64,000 nt of DNA from Octopus sinensis (Eukaryota): positions 15,252,001-15,316,000 of the forward strand of contig NC_043007.1 in the NCBI RefSeq assembly GCF_006345805.1. Direction: 5' to 3'. This document shows positions 50,891 through 64,000 of the stretch, piece by piece. The notes under the pieces were generated by a model. It did not search any database and was not told the origin of the DNA. It saw only the letters and a list, made by a program, of their open reading frames with translations. Both the position numbers and the translations under genes were made by a program. The first letter of the stretch is position 1. Every line of letters starts with the position of its first letter.

Positions 50891-51225
50891 GATGGAGTGG
50901 ATATATATGGAATAAGAAAAATCAAATGATACTGCCTTCGCTGATGTGAAAATTTTAACAGATGTAGATATCCGAGTGACTTCGTGCAGCATCTGGAAGT
51001 CGTGATAGCCATACAGACTTCATACTTCAAATAGTACAAGGATCTACCTTATTTAGTGCACAGTTTTAGGTAAGTAAGCTATGTGAACGTACTAAGAAAT
51101 AAATATATTAAAACCAGTCTCAACACACCGTCGGTGATGAGAAACAAACGCAGTGCTTGTATCACCATAAGTTATAATGGATCTTTTCAATTTTTGAAGT
51201 GTGCTTGTGTGTGTGAGTGACCGAT

Positions 51226-51297
<72 letters not shown>

Positions 51298-51618
51298 TTG
51301 TCTATGACCGTCAGATAAGAAAAACCCATAAATTCGAGTACGATATCTATAAACTCTCAGAAAAGCATTCTAAAAACTAATTGGAAAGCTTAGTTATATT
51401 AAGACAAGGTTTTACCAAAATTCAGTAGTCTTTAATATAGATAGAAGTATTTGGAATTCGTTGCAAATATAGAGATCTTTGAAAAAACAACATATAGTTA
51501 TTAGGATGCTTTAAATGCGAGGAGATTTAAAGATAAGACTAAATGTATTTCCAATGCTGGATTCTCGGAAAAACAAAATGTTTAACTATTACGAAGAAAA
51601 AAAAATGAATCTCTAAAT

Positions 51619-51932
51619 CAAGGGTTCTCAGCCAGGGTCACATGGACCCTGAGAGTCCATATAAGATTTTTTGTGGGATCTACAATAGTATTTTAAGGCC
51701 CACTGAAAAATAACATTTGCTGAAGATGTATTTATTACAAGAAAGAGTTAAGTTTTTTTTCTCTAATATTTACTTAGTTCAACCGTCACAAGTTTAATTT
51801 GTGAAAAACAAAATAGGGATTTCGAAAGACGTTTCTATAAACCTAGTTTTTAAACATTGAATGGCTACGGGGTCCACCAGTAAAAAAGTAGTAATCAAAT
51901 GAGTCCATAAATAAAAATGGTTGAGAACCCCT
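51619..51932. mobile_element. hAT (Charlie-like) MITE
   Basis: Termini CAAGGGTTCTCAGCC and GGTTGAGAACCCCT; ctctaaat flank. Confidence 0.65.
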
Positions 51933-53299
51933 AAATAGTCGATCGAAATACGCGAAACAGCAACATACTGCTTTGGAATATGTATATATTCAATAAAATA
52001 ATACTAGATGTATTACAAAAACGAAAATATGGCACACACACACATATACATACATACATACATACACACACATACGCACATACAGTTATATGGACACACA
52101 CGTCCACACCCACATGCATGTATACACACATGCAAACACACACATACACATAATACCCGCATTTACATACAACCACACACACAGATCTACGTATGTGTAT
52201 GTATGTGTATCTACGCATGTGTATGTATGTGCATGTGTGTGTGAGGAGGGTTGTGAACCTTCCATATTCTCCGATATGGAGTTGCTTCCAGTCATAGTGC
52301 TGGGAATTAATTCTATCTCTAGGATTAAATGAATATACGTGCCAAATGTATCCGATGCTGAATATATTTTCCGCAAGACTCGTTTAATTATTATTTATAA
52401 CAAAATTTAGTATTATACTTTCTCCATATGCTAATGAACCATTAAAAATTCTCCGTCATAAATACAGAACCTTTTAATTGCGCTACTGTAAATATTTATG
52501 AAATTGCAAGCTGATTGTAGGAATGGTGATAATTGTTTGTACGCAGAACCGAGTGTGTAATATTTGAGAAGCGGTTGCGTCAAAGCACCAATACCTACCC
52601 TTAACGTTGTGCCTGTCAAAGAGATTATAGTTGCGTGCGCTTGAAAAATAGCTACTTAACCGGAAGAGATTTTCGTAGCTATGTTGTAGTTTACATATTG
52701 TTTTTGGGACATTTCTTCTTTATTTTCTTACTGCATATATATATGTGCCGAAGGGTTGAAAAGGAACACACGAGTTTATATATATATATATATATATATC
52801 TATATATATATATATATAATATGCGTGTGTGTATGTGTTTGCACGTATATTGTTTACTTCATAAGAAGTAAACCAATAAGAAGGAGGAGGAGACGCAGAA
52901 GAAGATGATGAAGAAGAAGAAGAAGAAGAAGAAGAAGAAGAAGAAGAAGAAGAAGAAGAGGAAGGAGCAGGAGCAGGAGGAGGAGGAGAAAAAGAAGAAG
53001 GAGAAGGAGGAGAAGAAGAAGAAGGAGAAGGAGTGTAAAAAACGTGGAGACTACGACGAATACGGCGATGTCGTTGACGACGACAACGACTACGTCGACG
53101 ATGACGACGAGAGCGACGTTGATGATCGTTACGGTTGTATTGAAGATGATGATGATGATGATGATGATGTTAAGATTACAATGTATTATAAATTGCATTA
53201 ACTAGCAAGAAAGCAAGCAAGCACTTTTTTTTTATAACAGAAAGAAACTAAAACGCAGACGAAACCCACAAGGAATTATATATACCTTAAGGGAGACGA

Positions 53300-53381
53300 T
53301 AAAACTGAATACATACATACATATATACACACCATGCATACATGCATTCATGCATGCATACATGCATACATACGTACATAA

Positions 53382-53412
<31 letters not shown>

Positions 53413-53702
53413 CAAGCATGCATACATGCATTCATGCATGCATACATATATACATACATACATACATAAATACATGCATTCATGCACACATACATACATA
53501 CACACACGCAAACATATATACATACATACATATATACAAACATACATAAATACATACATAAATACATACATACATAAATACATGCATACATAAATACATA
53601 CATACATCCTTTCATACATACATGCATACTTAACTATATGCATACATACATACATGCGTACATAAATAAATATATTCATTCATTCATACATACATACATA
53701 CA

Positions 53703-53738
<36 letters not shown>

Positions 53739-53957
53739 CATACATACATATATATACATACATGCATGCATGCATACATACATACATACATAATTACATA
53801 CATGCATACATACATACATACATACATACATACATACACACATACATACATATATATATACATACATACATGCATATATACATACATACATACATACATA
53901 CATACATAATACATACATACACACATACATACACACATACATACATACATACATACA

Positions 53958-53991
<34 letters not shown>

Positions 53992-54040
53992 AATACATAC
54001 AAAGATACACACACACATACATGCATGCATACATGCATAA
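53300..54040. repeat. (CATA)n microsatellite array
   Basis: Direct reading. Confidence 0.95.
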
Positions 54041-54239
54041 TTGTTAACGAAGTATAGTATTGTTAGTCTTCAGAGAAGTAGTTTTTGTTTTTCTTCCTCT
54101 TCATAATTCATTATATTCATTAAATATCCAACATGGTTTGTTCATCAATCTTTCCTGATTATCGATTGAGGTTTTTTGTTCCATTTTGTTTTTCCATGTA
54201 TTAAAATTGCCACATCCTGGTCACAGATGATTAAAAGTT

Positions 54240-54690
<451 letters not shown>

Positions 54691-55064
54691 GTTTTTTTGT
54701 GGCTTATTAATTTTGTCTAAAATTTAATTATTACTTTTTTCTTTTATTATATTTCTCTCAGCTTCCTGGAGAAGAACAGATCTGAAGACACCCCACCCCC
54801 CGCGCCCTCACCTCCACAAATGAATTCTTCTTAGACTTGAATTTAAAGAAGATTGAGTGCAATTAAAAATCAGTTTGAACGGTTGTTGTTGTTGTTGCTA
54901 TTGCTGTCACCGTTGCCGTCTTCGTTGTTGTTGTTGCTGTTGTAGTTGTCAAACCTGATCAACCATACCGATGCTCAAAGACGTTCCATCCGTAACCTAC
55001 CACTTTTAAAAGAGAGACATATAGATCTAGCTTATCTGAGGAGCACTCTTCTTGTTTAAAAAGT

Positions 55065-55177
55065 TGGCGGGTTCAGTCCCACTTCGTGGCACCTTGGGCA
55101 AGTGTCTTCTGCTATAGCCTCGGGTCGACCAAAGCCCTGTGAGTGGATTTGGTTGACGGAACTAAAAGAAGCCCGTC

Positions 55178-55225
<48 letters not shown>

Positions 55226-55625
55226 ATATATATATATATATAAATATATAATATATATATAAGCATAGACACATTATATACATACATATGTATACACACA
55301 CACATAGTAATCTAAGCATAGACATATTATATACATATACATGCATACATATATACATATACATAACACACCGCACACACCTACACATATAAATATATAT
55401 ATATAATATATGTATTATACATATATGTTGTATACATACATACATACATACATTCATACACACGTACACACACGACGGGCTTCCATGCAGTTTCTGTCTA
55501 CTGAATTCACTCACAAGACTTTGGTCAAGCTGGGGCTATTGCAGAAGATACATTCTAAAGGTGCCGAGCTGTTGGATTGAACCCGGAATTGCGTGGTTGC
55601 AAACAGTGGGTCTTAACCCCTATAC
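55065..55625. mobile_element. Two SINE family A 5' halves in inverted orientation
   Basis: Plus copy 55065-55180 (ggttcagtcccacttcgtggcaccttgggcaag...aagaagcccgtc) and minus copy 55473-55625 (gacgggcttcc...gaattcactcacaag...). Confidence 0.75.
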
Positions 55626-56069
55626 CTATTGCTACACCTCAGAATTTAAAAATGTAAGTTAAGATTTTTCAGAATCCATTCTAAATGATTGAGCATCTTA
55701 AGCAAAACGCATGACATTCCTTGTTTCGTGATGTAGGAGTGATTGGCAAGCGAGTATGGTTAATATGGAAACTTCCTAATAGATTTAGTGTAACCATAGG
55801 AACCCTCAATCCTCCCTCGTCCTTTTTATTTGGAAGAACATCGAGAATGTCACAGCTAAGAGAGAGAGAGAGGGAGAGAGAGAGAGAAAATTGTACCAGC
55901 ATTCGTTTGGTACTCATTTCTAGCCATGTGGACTGAGTCAAAAAGTGTGTTCCTAGCTCAAAGATATTACATGCCGCCCAGCCCAGGAACTGAACCCACA
56001 TCATTATGATCGTGAAGACAACTCTTCCCTGACCCCTAGGCCATGAGCCTTCAAAATGCAGAAGTGTTA

Positions 56070-56410
56070 TCTTTTACCTTTATCTTGTTTCAATCATCGG
56101 ACTGCGGCCGTCTGGAGCACCACCTGAAATGGTTTATTCAAACAAATTGACCCCATACTTATGGGCTTTTGAAAGTCTGGTACTTATTCTATCCTGCTCT
56201 TTAAGGAACTGCTGAGTTACGGGACGTAAACAAACCAATATCGACTTCAAGTGCTCCGGGGACGAAACACAAACGGAAACACACTCACACACGTACATAC
56301 ACACACAGGCACACACAAGTACATATACACACACGCATATACATAAGATGCATGCACACACATACTATGGGCTTCCACACAGTTTCCGTCTATCAAAGTC
56401 ACTCACAAGG
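56070..56410 (-). mobile_element. SINE family A, runs into the assembly gap
   Basis: ttgtttcaatcat..actgcggcc...ggtacttattctatc...gggacgtaaac...gtttccgtctatcaaagtcactcacaagg. Confidence 0.75.
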
Positions 56411-56510
56411 NNNNNNNNNNNNNNNNNNNNNNNNNNNNNNNNNNNNNNNNNNNNNNNNNNNNNNNNNNNNNNNNNNNNNNNNNNNNNNNNNNNNNNNNNN
56501 NNNNNNNNNN
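56411..56510. other. Assembly gap (100 N)
   Basis: Direct reading. Confidence 1.
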
Positions 56511-56719
56511 CTGTGATCATGTTAAGCTCAAAGATTTTAACCAATTATGTCGACCGCATTATTTTGTCGACTAATTATTTTATTGTGCAAAATTCGGACA
56601 CAACTAAATATCCTTAGATATTTTTGCTCGATGCGTAAATTTTGTTACTTGACCTTAGGTCAGTAATCATAACCTAAAAGCGAGATGAATCTTTGATATT
56701 TTCTTATCATCTCTCAGCA

Positions 56720-57150
56720 TGAAGGCGGCGAGCTGGCAGAAACGTTAGCACGCCTGGCGAAATGCTTAGCGGTATTTCGTCTTCCGTTACGTTCTGAGTT
56801 CAAATTCCGCCGAGGTCGACTTTGCTTTTTATAATTTCGGAGTCAATAAATAAAGTGCCAGTTTCGCACTGAGGTGGATATAATCGACTTAATCCGTTTG
56901 TCTGTCCTTGTTTGTCCCCTCTCTGTTTAGACCTTGTAGGCAATAAAGAAATAAGAAACGTTAGCACGCCGGGCGATATGCTTAACAGTATTTCGTCAGT
57001 CTGTACTTTCTGAGCTGAAATTCCGCCGAGGTAGATTTTGCTTTTCATCCCTTCAGGGTCGATAAATTAAGTACCAGCAGCGCACTGTGATCGTCCTAAT
57101 TCCCTGGATCCCTCCCCCAAAATGTCGGGTCTTGTACCTAGAGTAGAAAA
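56720..57150 (+). mobile_element. Dimeric SINE family B
   Basis: Long-tail unit, then restart at agaaacgttagcacgcc, ending in the short tail. Confidence 0.85.
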
Positions 57151-57713
57151 AAACAAAAATCTCACAGCTTGATTTCAACAGAGATCGTGTGTGTGTGTGT
57201 GCATGTGTGTGTGTACGTATATGTGTAAATGCATATATATATATATATTACATACGCGTTATGAATATATATATTTGTGTATACATTTATGTAATATATA
57301 TGTCTGTGAGTGTGTGTGTGTGTGCGTGTATGTATATGTATGTATGTATGTGTAAATAAGATAGATGGCTTGTTAGCACTTTGTACACTCTGTCACGTTA
57401 GTGACACCGCTATATATATATATATACATATATATTGTGTACTCTTTATTCAGAGTCTGATCACCTCTTGTACTTACACTTTAGATCCAACATGGCGTCT
57501 GATGTAGCTTTTTAAACTAGACAATGTATTGAAAAGACACCCGAATAGATTGCATATCTGATTTGGACCACCAAGAGCTGCAGTTAATTTCTGATCTTTG
57601 TGGATCTTAAAATGCCTTTTGAGGCCTCCGTTAAATTTGCAGACTTTATGGGACTATACGACATTTACAGCTGTGCACATATATATAGGCACACACACAC
57701 ACACACACACATG

Positions 57714-57758
<45 letters not shown>

Positions 57759-57759
<1 letters not shown>

Positions 57760-58161
57760 TAATTCGAGACAAAACCACTATTTTAAAACCAAACAAGGAA
57801 AGACTTAATCAATACATAAAATTTTAATATAAATTAAATAAACCGCCACTACAAATGTTTCATGTCTGCTACCGACAATCTTCAGGTGGATTTTCGATCT
57901 TCTAATCAGTATCAAAATTTGATACTGATTAGAAGATCGAAAATCCACCTGAAGATGTGCGGTAGCAGACATGAAACATTTGTAGTGGCGGTTTTTTTAA
58001 TTATATTAAAATTTTATGTATTGATTAAGTCTTTCCTTGTTTGGTTTTAAAATAGTGGTTTTGTCTCGAATTATATTATATAATATTTTACTATAAAATT
58101 GGATTTAACCCTAAATCTGATTTTTCCCTGTAATTTTGGATTCATTCCCTAATATTTATTA

Positions 58162-58165
<4 letters not shown>
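57759..58165. mobile_element. pLTR-like element with an inverted copy forming a 315-bp palindrome; hammerhead motif on each strand
   Basis: 57759-57916 reverse-complements 57918-58073; plus-strand CCAC-CUGAAGA...GAA-ACA UU UGU-A-GUGG at 57945-57988. Confidence 0.85.
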
Positions 58166-58202
<37 letters not shown>

Positions 58203-58474
58203 ATATACCTTGTTCTACAATAGTATTTCCCTGTAAGAATTTTCCTTGTGTTCATAGGGAAGACAATTTGAATATTCCATTACAAATCTGTAAAATAAAA
58301 TTACGCTACACTTTCAAAGGGAACGTCTACGTGATCTTGCGACAGGTAAGAGTTAGTAATCAAATCTCTTTTTATTTCATAATAACGATTAAAAAACAAA
58401 CAAAACGAAACAAAACAAAAACAAAGAAAAACTGAATGCCACAGATATCGAAGTTCTGAATATATAAACAGACG

Positions 58475-58710
58475 GGATAATCTATTTCTTTACCATCCAC
58501 AGGGAGCTAAACACAGAGGGGGCAAACAAGGAGAGACAAACGGATTAAGTCGATTACATCGATCCCCCGTGCGTAACTGGTACCTATTTAATCGACCCCG
58601 AAAGGATGAAAGGCAAAATCGACCTCGGCGGAATTAGAACTCAGAATGTAGCTGCAGACGAAATACGGCTACGCCTTTCGCCCGGCGCGCTAACGTTTCT
58701 GCCAACTCGA
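58475..58710 (-). mobile_element. SINE family B, long-tail monomer
   Basis: Match to family B on the minus strand. Confidence 0.85.
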
Positions 58711-58964
58711 CGGGATACTCAAAGTTTGGAAATAGAGCACACTAGATAATGTATCCCGAGATATACTATTGCAGCGAAGATAAGAAAGATATGGAAAAAT
58801 GCTTGTGATTTTAGATGTCACAACAAGATTGACCAGGCCTCGAATAACAACATCGGCATCACTAGCAGCAGCGGCAACAACAACAACATCAACAATAAAT
58901 AGTAATGCAACAACAATATCAACAACTGTAATGATAACAATATTATACACTATTACAAGTCGGG

Positions 58965-59170
58965 GGACTGACAGAAACTTTAGCATGCCAGTCGAAATGC
59001 TTAGCAGTACTTCGTCTGTCTTTACGTTCTGAGTTCAAATTCTGCCGAGGTTGACTTTGCCTTATATTCTTTCGTGGTGGATAGACTAAGTACCATTTGC
59101 GTACTGGGTTCGATCTAAACGAGTGGCCCCTCCCCCAAAAGTTCGGGCCTTGTGCCTAGAGTAGAAAAGA
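58965..59170 (+). mobile_element. SINE family B, short-tail, diverged
   Basis: cagaaactttagcatgcc...gagttcaaattctgccgagg...ccctcccccaaaag. Confidence 0.75.
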
Positions 59171-59805
59171 GATATTATTCACTATTTCAATATATTACGT
59201 TACTTAAACAACAATATATTTAGTGTTATTGTTGTTTAAACCCAGATCACGCATAACTAAGCAGATCTATGAGTGATCAGAGGCGTTCCAACCATGAGCA
59301 TCACCTCATCACAGTGTTGGTTATTCATCTGCAGCTGAGTGAACAGGAGCGAAGGCCGATGACGTGCTTTGCTCGAGAACACAGCTAAAAGCCCCGTCTG
59401 AAAATCAAATGTATGATCTTCCGATCGAGAACGCCCACCCACTCGCGATTCCCCCCGAACAGTTTATTCGGGAATAAACAATTTATAACAAATTAAAAAG
59501 GAATCCAGGAAGAATAGCAAATGTACGATTCTTTATTTATATATCCCGGTAATGTTTATTCCCCCACCCATTTTGGTCAAAATCCCTACTGGCGCGAAAC
59601 TATATAAAAATTGAAAATCTACGCCTGCAAGCAATGCAGTCCTAAAAGGATGATCCGCTCCTTATGCTTGCCGAAACAACCTGTAAATACAATGAAATCA
59701 TTGTTCTGTATCAACATTTATTAAACGTTATTACTGTTATTTTCTTTTTCTTGCAAACAAATGTACAAAAAGCTACATTTTTGCATTACGTTATATATAC
59801 AATAA

Positions 59806-60205
59806 GTGGAGGCGCAATGGCCCAGTGGTTAGGACAGCGGAACGCTCGCGTCATAGGATCGCGTTTCGATTCCCAGACCGGGCGTTGTGAGTGTTTATTG
59901 AGCGAAAACACCTAAAAGCTCCACGATGCTCCGGTAGGGGATGGTGGTGATCCGAACCTGCTGTACCCTTTCACCACAACCACTTCTCTCACTCTTACTT
60001 CCTGTTTCTGTTGTACCTGTAATTTCAAGGGGCCGGCCTTGTCACTCTCTGTGTCACGCTGAATATCCCGAGAACTACGTTAAGGGTGCACTTGTCTGTG
60101 GATGTGCTCAGCCACTTTACACGTTAATTTCACGAGCAGGCGTTCCGTTGATTCGGATCAAACCGGAACCCTCGTCGTCCGTTACCGGACGGAGTGCTTC
60201 CATCC
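59806..60205 (+). mobile_element. SINE head C + tail ii with probable 10-bp TSD
   Basis: atatacaata at 59795-59804 and 60209-60218. Confidence 0.9.
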
Positions 60206-60953
60206 ATCATATACAATATAATAAAGATGTTACCACCCCTAAAATATTTTACAAAAACCAAGGACGTTTATAGACCCTCATTGACTCAAGTTAGAGAAGG
60301 AGTGCGTATATACACAAAGTTTTAGGTTTTTCAGAAGTTACAGCGCCCCTAAAAATCCCCTGCAATAATTATACTCAAGGGGCGGAAAGTTAACAACACT
60401 GTCGGAATGATTTATCTGTACATTATTTCCCTTACTATGTTCGAATCATTCACTTAAACTTTCCATCTGTTTGGCAATTTTAATTAAGTCCAAAAGAAAA
60501 AATACGATAGTCACAGTACTAGACATAGATTTGAACATAAGGACCTAATAGCTTTATACACTATTGTCTCTTACATAAACAGTTATCACAAATATAGCAA
60601 CACCGAACATATCAGTAACATTCACAGACAAATCTCTTTGGGAGACGCGTAAGGCCACACAATACAACGTATCGTAATCAAATCAATAGACATAGATTTT
60701 AATCGATATACGACCAACTCACACGAACGTACCTTGCAAATGTTTCCCCGAAGCTATCAAAGAATCTTGCTGGCGTTTGAAGAATTGGGCTACTAGGTTA
60801 GAATATTTGTCATTTTAGTGGGAAAAAATTAAGAATGAATAAATTATATAAATGAAAGTAAAAATAATTAAGAAAAATTTTAATGAAACGAGAAATAGAA
60901 CAAATGCCATTATATGAATTTTAAACAGGTAAATACGGAGATTCTTTCTCTCT

Positions 60954-60992
<39 letters not shown>

Positions 60993-61178
60993 TTCTCTCG
61001 CACACGCAGACACATCAACACACACACATATACGTACACGCGCGCACAAAATTAGTACTAAACCAATATAAATCGAAATTACAATCGTTCACCTGAGAAG
61101 ATAAAATATATTGCAGATAATAACAACAACAATAATAATAATAGTAGTAATAACAACGATAATAACAACAACAACAAC

Positions 61179-61222
<44 letters not shown>

Positions 61223-61251
61223 TAATAATAATAATAGTAATAAAAATAATG

Positions 61252-61293
<42 letters not shown>

Positions 61294-61352
61294 TAATAAT
61301 AATAATAATAATAATAATAGTAATGATAATAATAATAATAATAATAATAATA

Positions 61353-61390
<38 letters not shown>

Positions 61391-61934
61391 GTAATGATAA
61401 TAATAATAATCGCAAAGACAATGACATTTAAAATAAATTTAATAAAAAAAAAACAGATGAAATTTAACAAAAAAAAAACAACAAAGTAAAAATGATTTCC
61501 TTGAAATAACATACAAATCGATATTGAAATGCATGTTTCTTGCACAATGTCAGAAAATGAAGAAATAATTGAAATAAACAAAAAAAAAAAAAAAACAAGA
61601 AAAATGCGATGAAGATGTAATAAACAAAAACATTTTGAAACGATGAGAGAACTTAATGATTAAAAAAAGGGGTTTTACTTTTTAGAAACACAAGTCACAT
61701 ACAATTATTCCCTTATGTTTACTACGAATGAGAGATTTTTTTTGTCATTCTTCTTTCGATGTTTTCTTTCTTTTAATCCTTTCTTTCTTCTTTCTTTTTC
61801 GTTATCTCGTTCTTTCTTTCTTCCTTACGTACTTTCTCTCTCATACTATCTCTTACTCGTTCTCTCTCTCCCTAACTCTCAACCAACCAATCAATCAATT
61901 AGTCGTTCAGAAAAATCATCTATCTATCTATCTA

Positions 61935-61965
<31 letters not shown>

Positions 61966-62043
61966 ACCTATTATCTGTCTGTCTATCTATTCATCTATCC
62001 ATGACCGGTGTGTGCGTGGCGCGCGTGTATGTGCATTATGCAC

Positions 62044-62076
<33 letters not shown>

Positions 62077-62092
62077 ATATTATATATATATA

Positions 62093-62136
<44 letters not shown>

Positions 62137-62318
62137 TGTTTATATATATATATATATATGTTTTTATTATATATATATATATGTTATATATATATATATA
62201 TATATATTATACGAAAAGGGAGAGGCATACATACGTACATATATATAATGCATATAAGTATATATATATATATATATATATGTTATATATATATATATAT
62301 ATGTTTTATATATATATA

Positions 62319-62368
<50 letters not shown>

Positions 62369-62416
62369 GAAAAGGGAGAGGCATACATACGTACATATAT
62401 ATGAATGCATGGTATC

Positions 62417-62452
<36 letters not shown>

Positions 62453-62811
62453 ATATATACCCCATTTCTGGAAGTTTCTCTGTGTATTATTCTACAGGCT
62501 CGTAGAAGAGACGGAGAGAAAAATAATTGCAGAGGAGAAATAAAAAAAAAAGGAAGAAAACAAAAAGCTGGGCTGAAAAATGCGGTGGGCGACTGAGGGG
62601 CGTGCGTACTTAAAAGGCGTGTAGAAAAAGTATGGAGATGTAGGTGTGGTAAATTAATCAATTCCAAGTTTCTTAATGAGGATCCCTTTTTTATTTAGCA
62701 TTTTACTTATCATTTTTTGTCACGTTTTTCTTCCTAATCAATTCCTGAAATCCCAGTATAAATTGTAAAGACAGCAAATTAGAAATAGTTTGAGCTAAGC
62801 AGATAGATAGG

Positions 62812-62876
<65 letters not shown>

Positions 62877-62908
62877 GGATGGATGGATGGATAGATAGAT
62901 AGATAGAT

Positions 62909-62939
<31 letters not shown>

Positions 62940-62961
62940 TAGATAGTAGGAGAGATAGATA

Positions 62962-63275
62962 TATATGTTTCTTTATTAGCCACACAGGGCTGCACACAGA
63001 CAGAAAAAATTACAAGGTAGAGCTTTTCTTTTGGGGGTAAAAAAAGGGGGTTGGTTTTCGATCAAAAGGGATCGTAAAAGGAAAGAAAGAGGACAAAAAA
63101 AGGGGGGAGAGGGAAAAAAAGAAAATGGGGGGAGGAAAAAAAGTTGATCAATAGGGATCGTAATCACAGAAATGTCAATATGAAGTGTAAAGGGGAGGAC
63201 AGGTGAGGTTTACCCGTGGAAAGAAAAGCCTACGGAAAAGACCACGGTAACCTCGGTCAATGAAGTCACATATAT
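62962..63275 (-). mobile_element. 3'-end fragment of a LINE-like repeat, second copy
   Basis: Homologous to 23660-23955. Confidence 0.55.
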
Positions 63276-63295
63276 TTCTCTTTTTTTCTTTTTTT

Positions 63296-63349
<54 letters not shown>

Positions 63350-63486
63350 AGGCAAGATAGATAGATAGATATATAGATAGACAGACTGGCAGAAACAATA
63401 TTACATACGTTAACAAATAGAGAGATAAATTATTAGGTTTACTTGTAGATACTTATGTAAACTTATACAGAAAACGGTAGGAGGAA

Positions 63487-63638
63487 GATATATATGTATG
63501 TATATAGGTGCTGACGTGGCTGTATGGTAAGATGCTTGCTTTCTATCCACATGCTTCCGGATTCTAACATATATAGCCTTGGGCCGACCAACGCCTTGTG
63601 ACCGGATTTGGTAGACGGAAACTGAAAGAAGCCCGTCG

Positions 63639-63718
<80 letters not shown>

Positions 63719-63947
63719 GTGTGTGTGTGGTGTATATATATATGCTTTTGTATCTGTGTTTGTCGCCCCAACATCGCTTGATAACCGATGTTGGTGTTTT
63801 TGCGCACCCGTCACTTAGAGGTTCGGCAAAAGAGACTGATAGAATACGTACTAGGCTTACTAGGCGATTTGTTCGACAAAAGGCCGTCCTCCACCATGGC
63901 CGCAGTGAAATGATTGAAACAAGTAAAAGATTAACAGAATAAAAGAA
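63487..63947 (+). mobile_element. SINE family A, diverged full length
   Basis: gtggctgtatggtaag...gaaagaagcccgtcgtatata...(TA)n...catcgcttgataaccgatg...catggccgcagt. Confidence 0.85.
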
Positions 63948-64000
63948 TATAGATACGTAAAGCCGCTAATATATGCATACGCGTGTGTCTATGATTGTCT

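Noticed and set aside
52905-53201. Poly-Lys/Glu/Asp ORF
   Set aside because: Derived from (GAA)n, (GAG)n, (GAC)n and (GAT)n microsatellites.
59585-59720. E2F-like ggcgcgaaa next to tatataaaa, and a nearby gccgaaacaacctgta hammerhead-like half
   Set aside because: Short motifs expected by chance; no downstream gene and no CUGANGA core.

Overview
AT-rich, microsatellite-saturated eukaryotic DNA that reads as intergenic or deep intronic. I recognise no intact host gene, rRNA, tRNA gene or CRISPR array, and there is one 100-N gap at 56411-56510. The SINE repertoire and (TA)n/(TATG)n/(TTA)n density suggest a cephalopod (Octopus-like) genome; this is inference. Nearly all long ORFs in the track are translated microsatellites. 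The recognisable content is decayed mobile DNA: CR1-type LINE fragments, four R4/Dong-like RLE retrotransposon fragments, a Penelope-like element (RT + C-terminal GIY-YIG) bracketed by inverted copies of its own 3' end, piggyBac and mariner relics, non-autonomous Helitrons, hAT-type and other MITEs, and four tRNA-derived SINE heads in many copies. Most interesting: (1) a dispersed set of short elements carrying minimal type I hammerhead ribozyme motifs with covarying stems, including a 315-bp near-perfect palindrome with a hammerhead on each strand; (2) an in-frame TGA exactly at a conserved Cys of the Penelope-like CxCx5C linker (possible Sec, but more simply decay); (3) all four combinations of two SINE heads and two SINE tails; (4) multimeric SINEs with a fixed internal grammar; (5) a compensated 3' stem-loop in two CR1 subfamilies. 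All alignments, folds and coordinates were read by eye; element boundaries are approximate.
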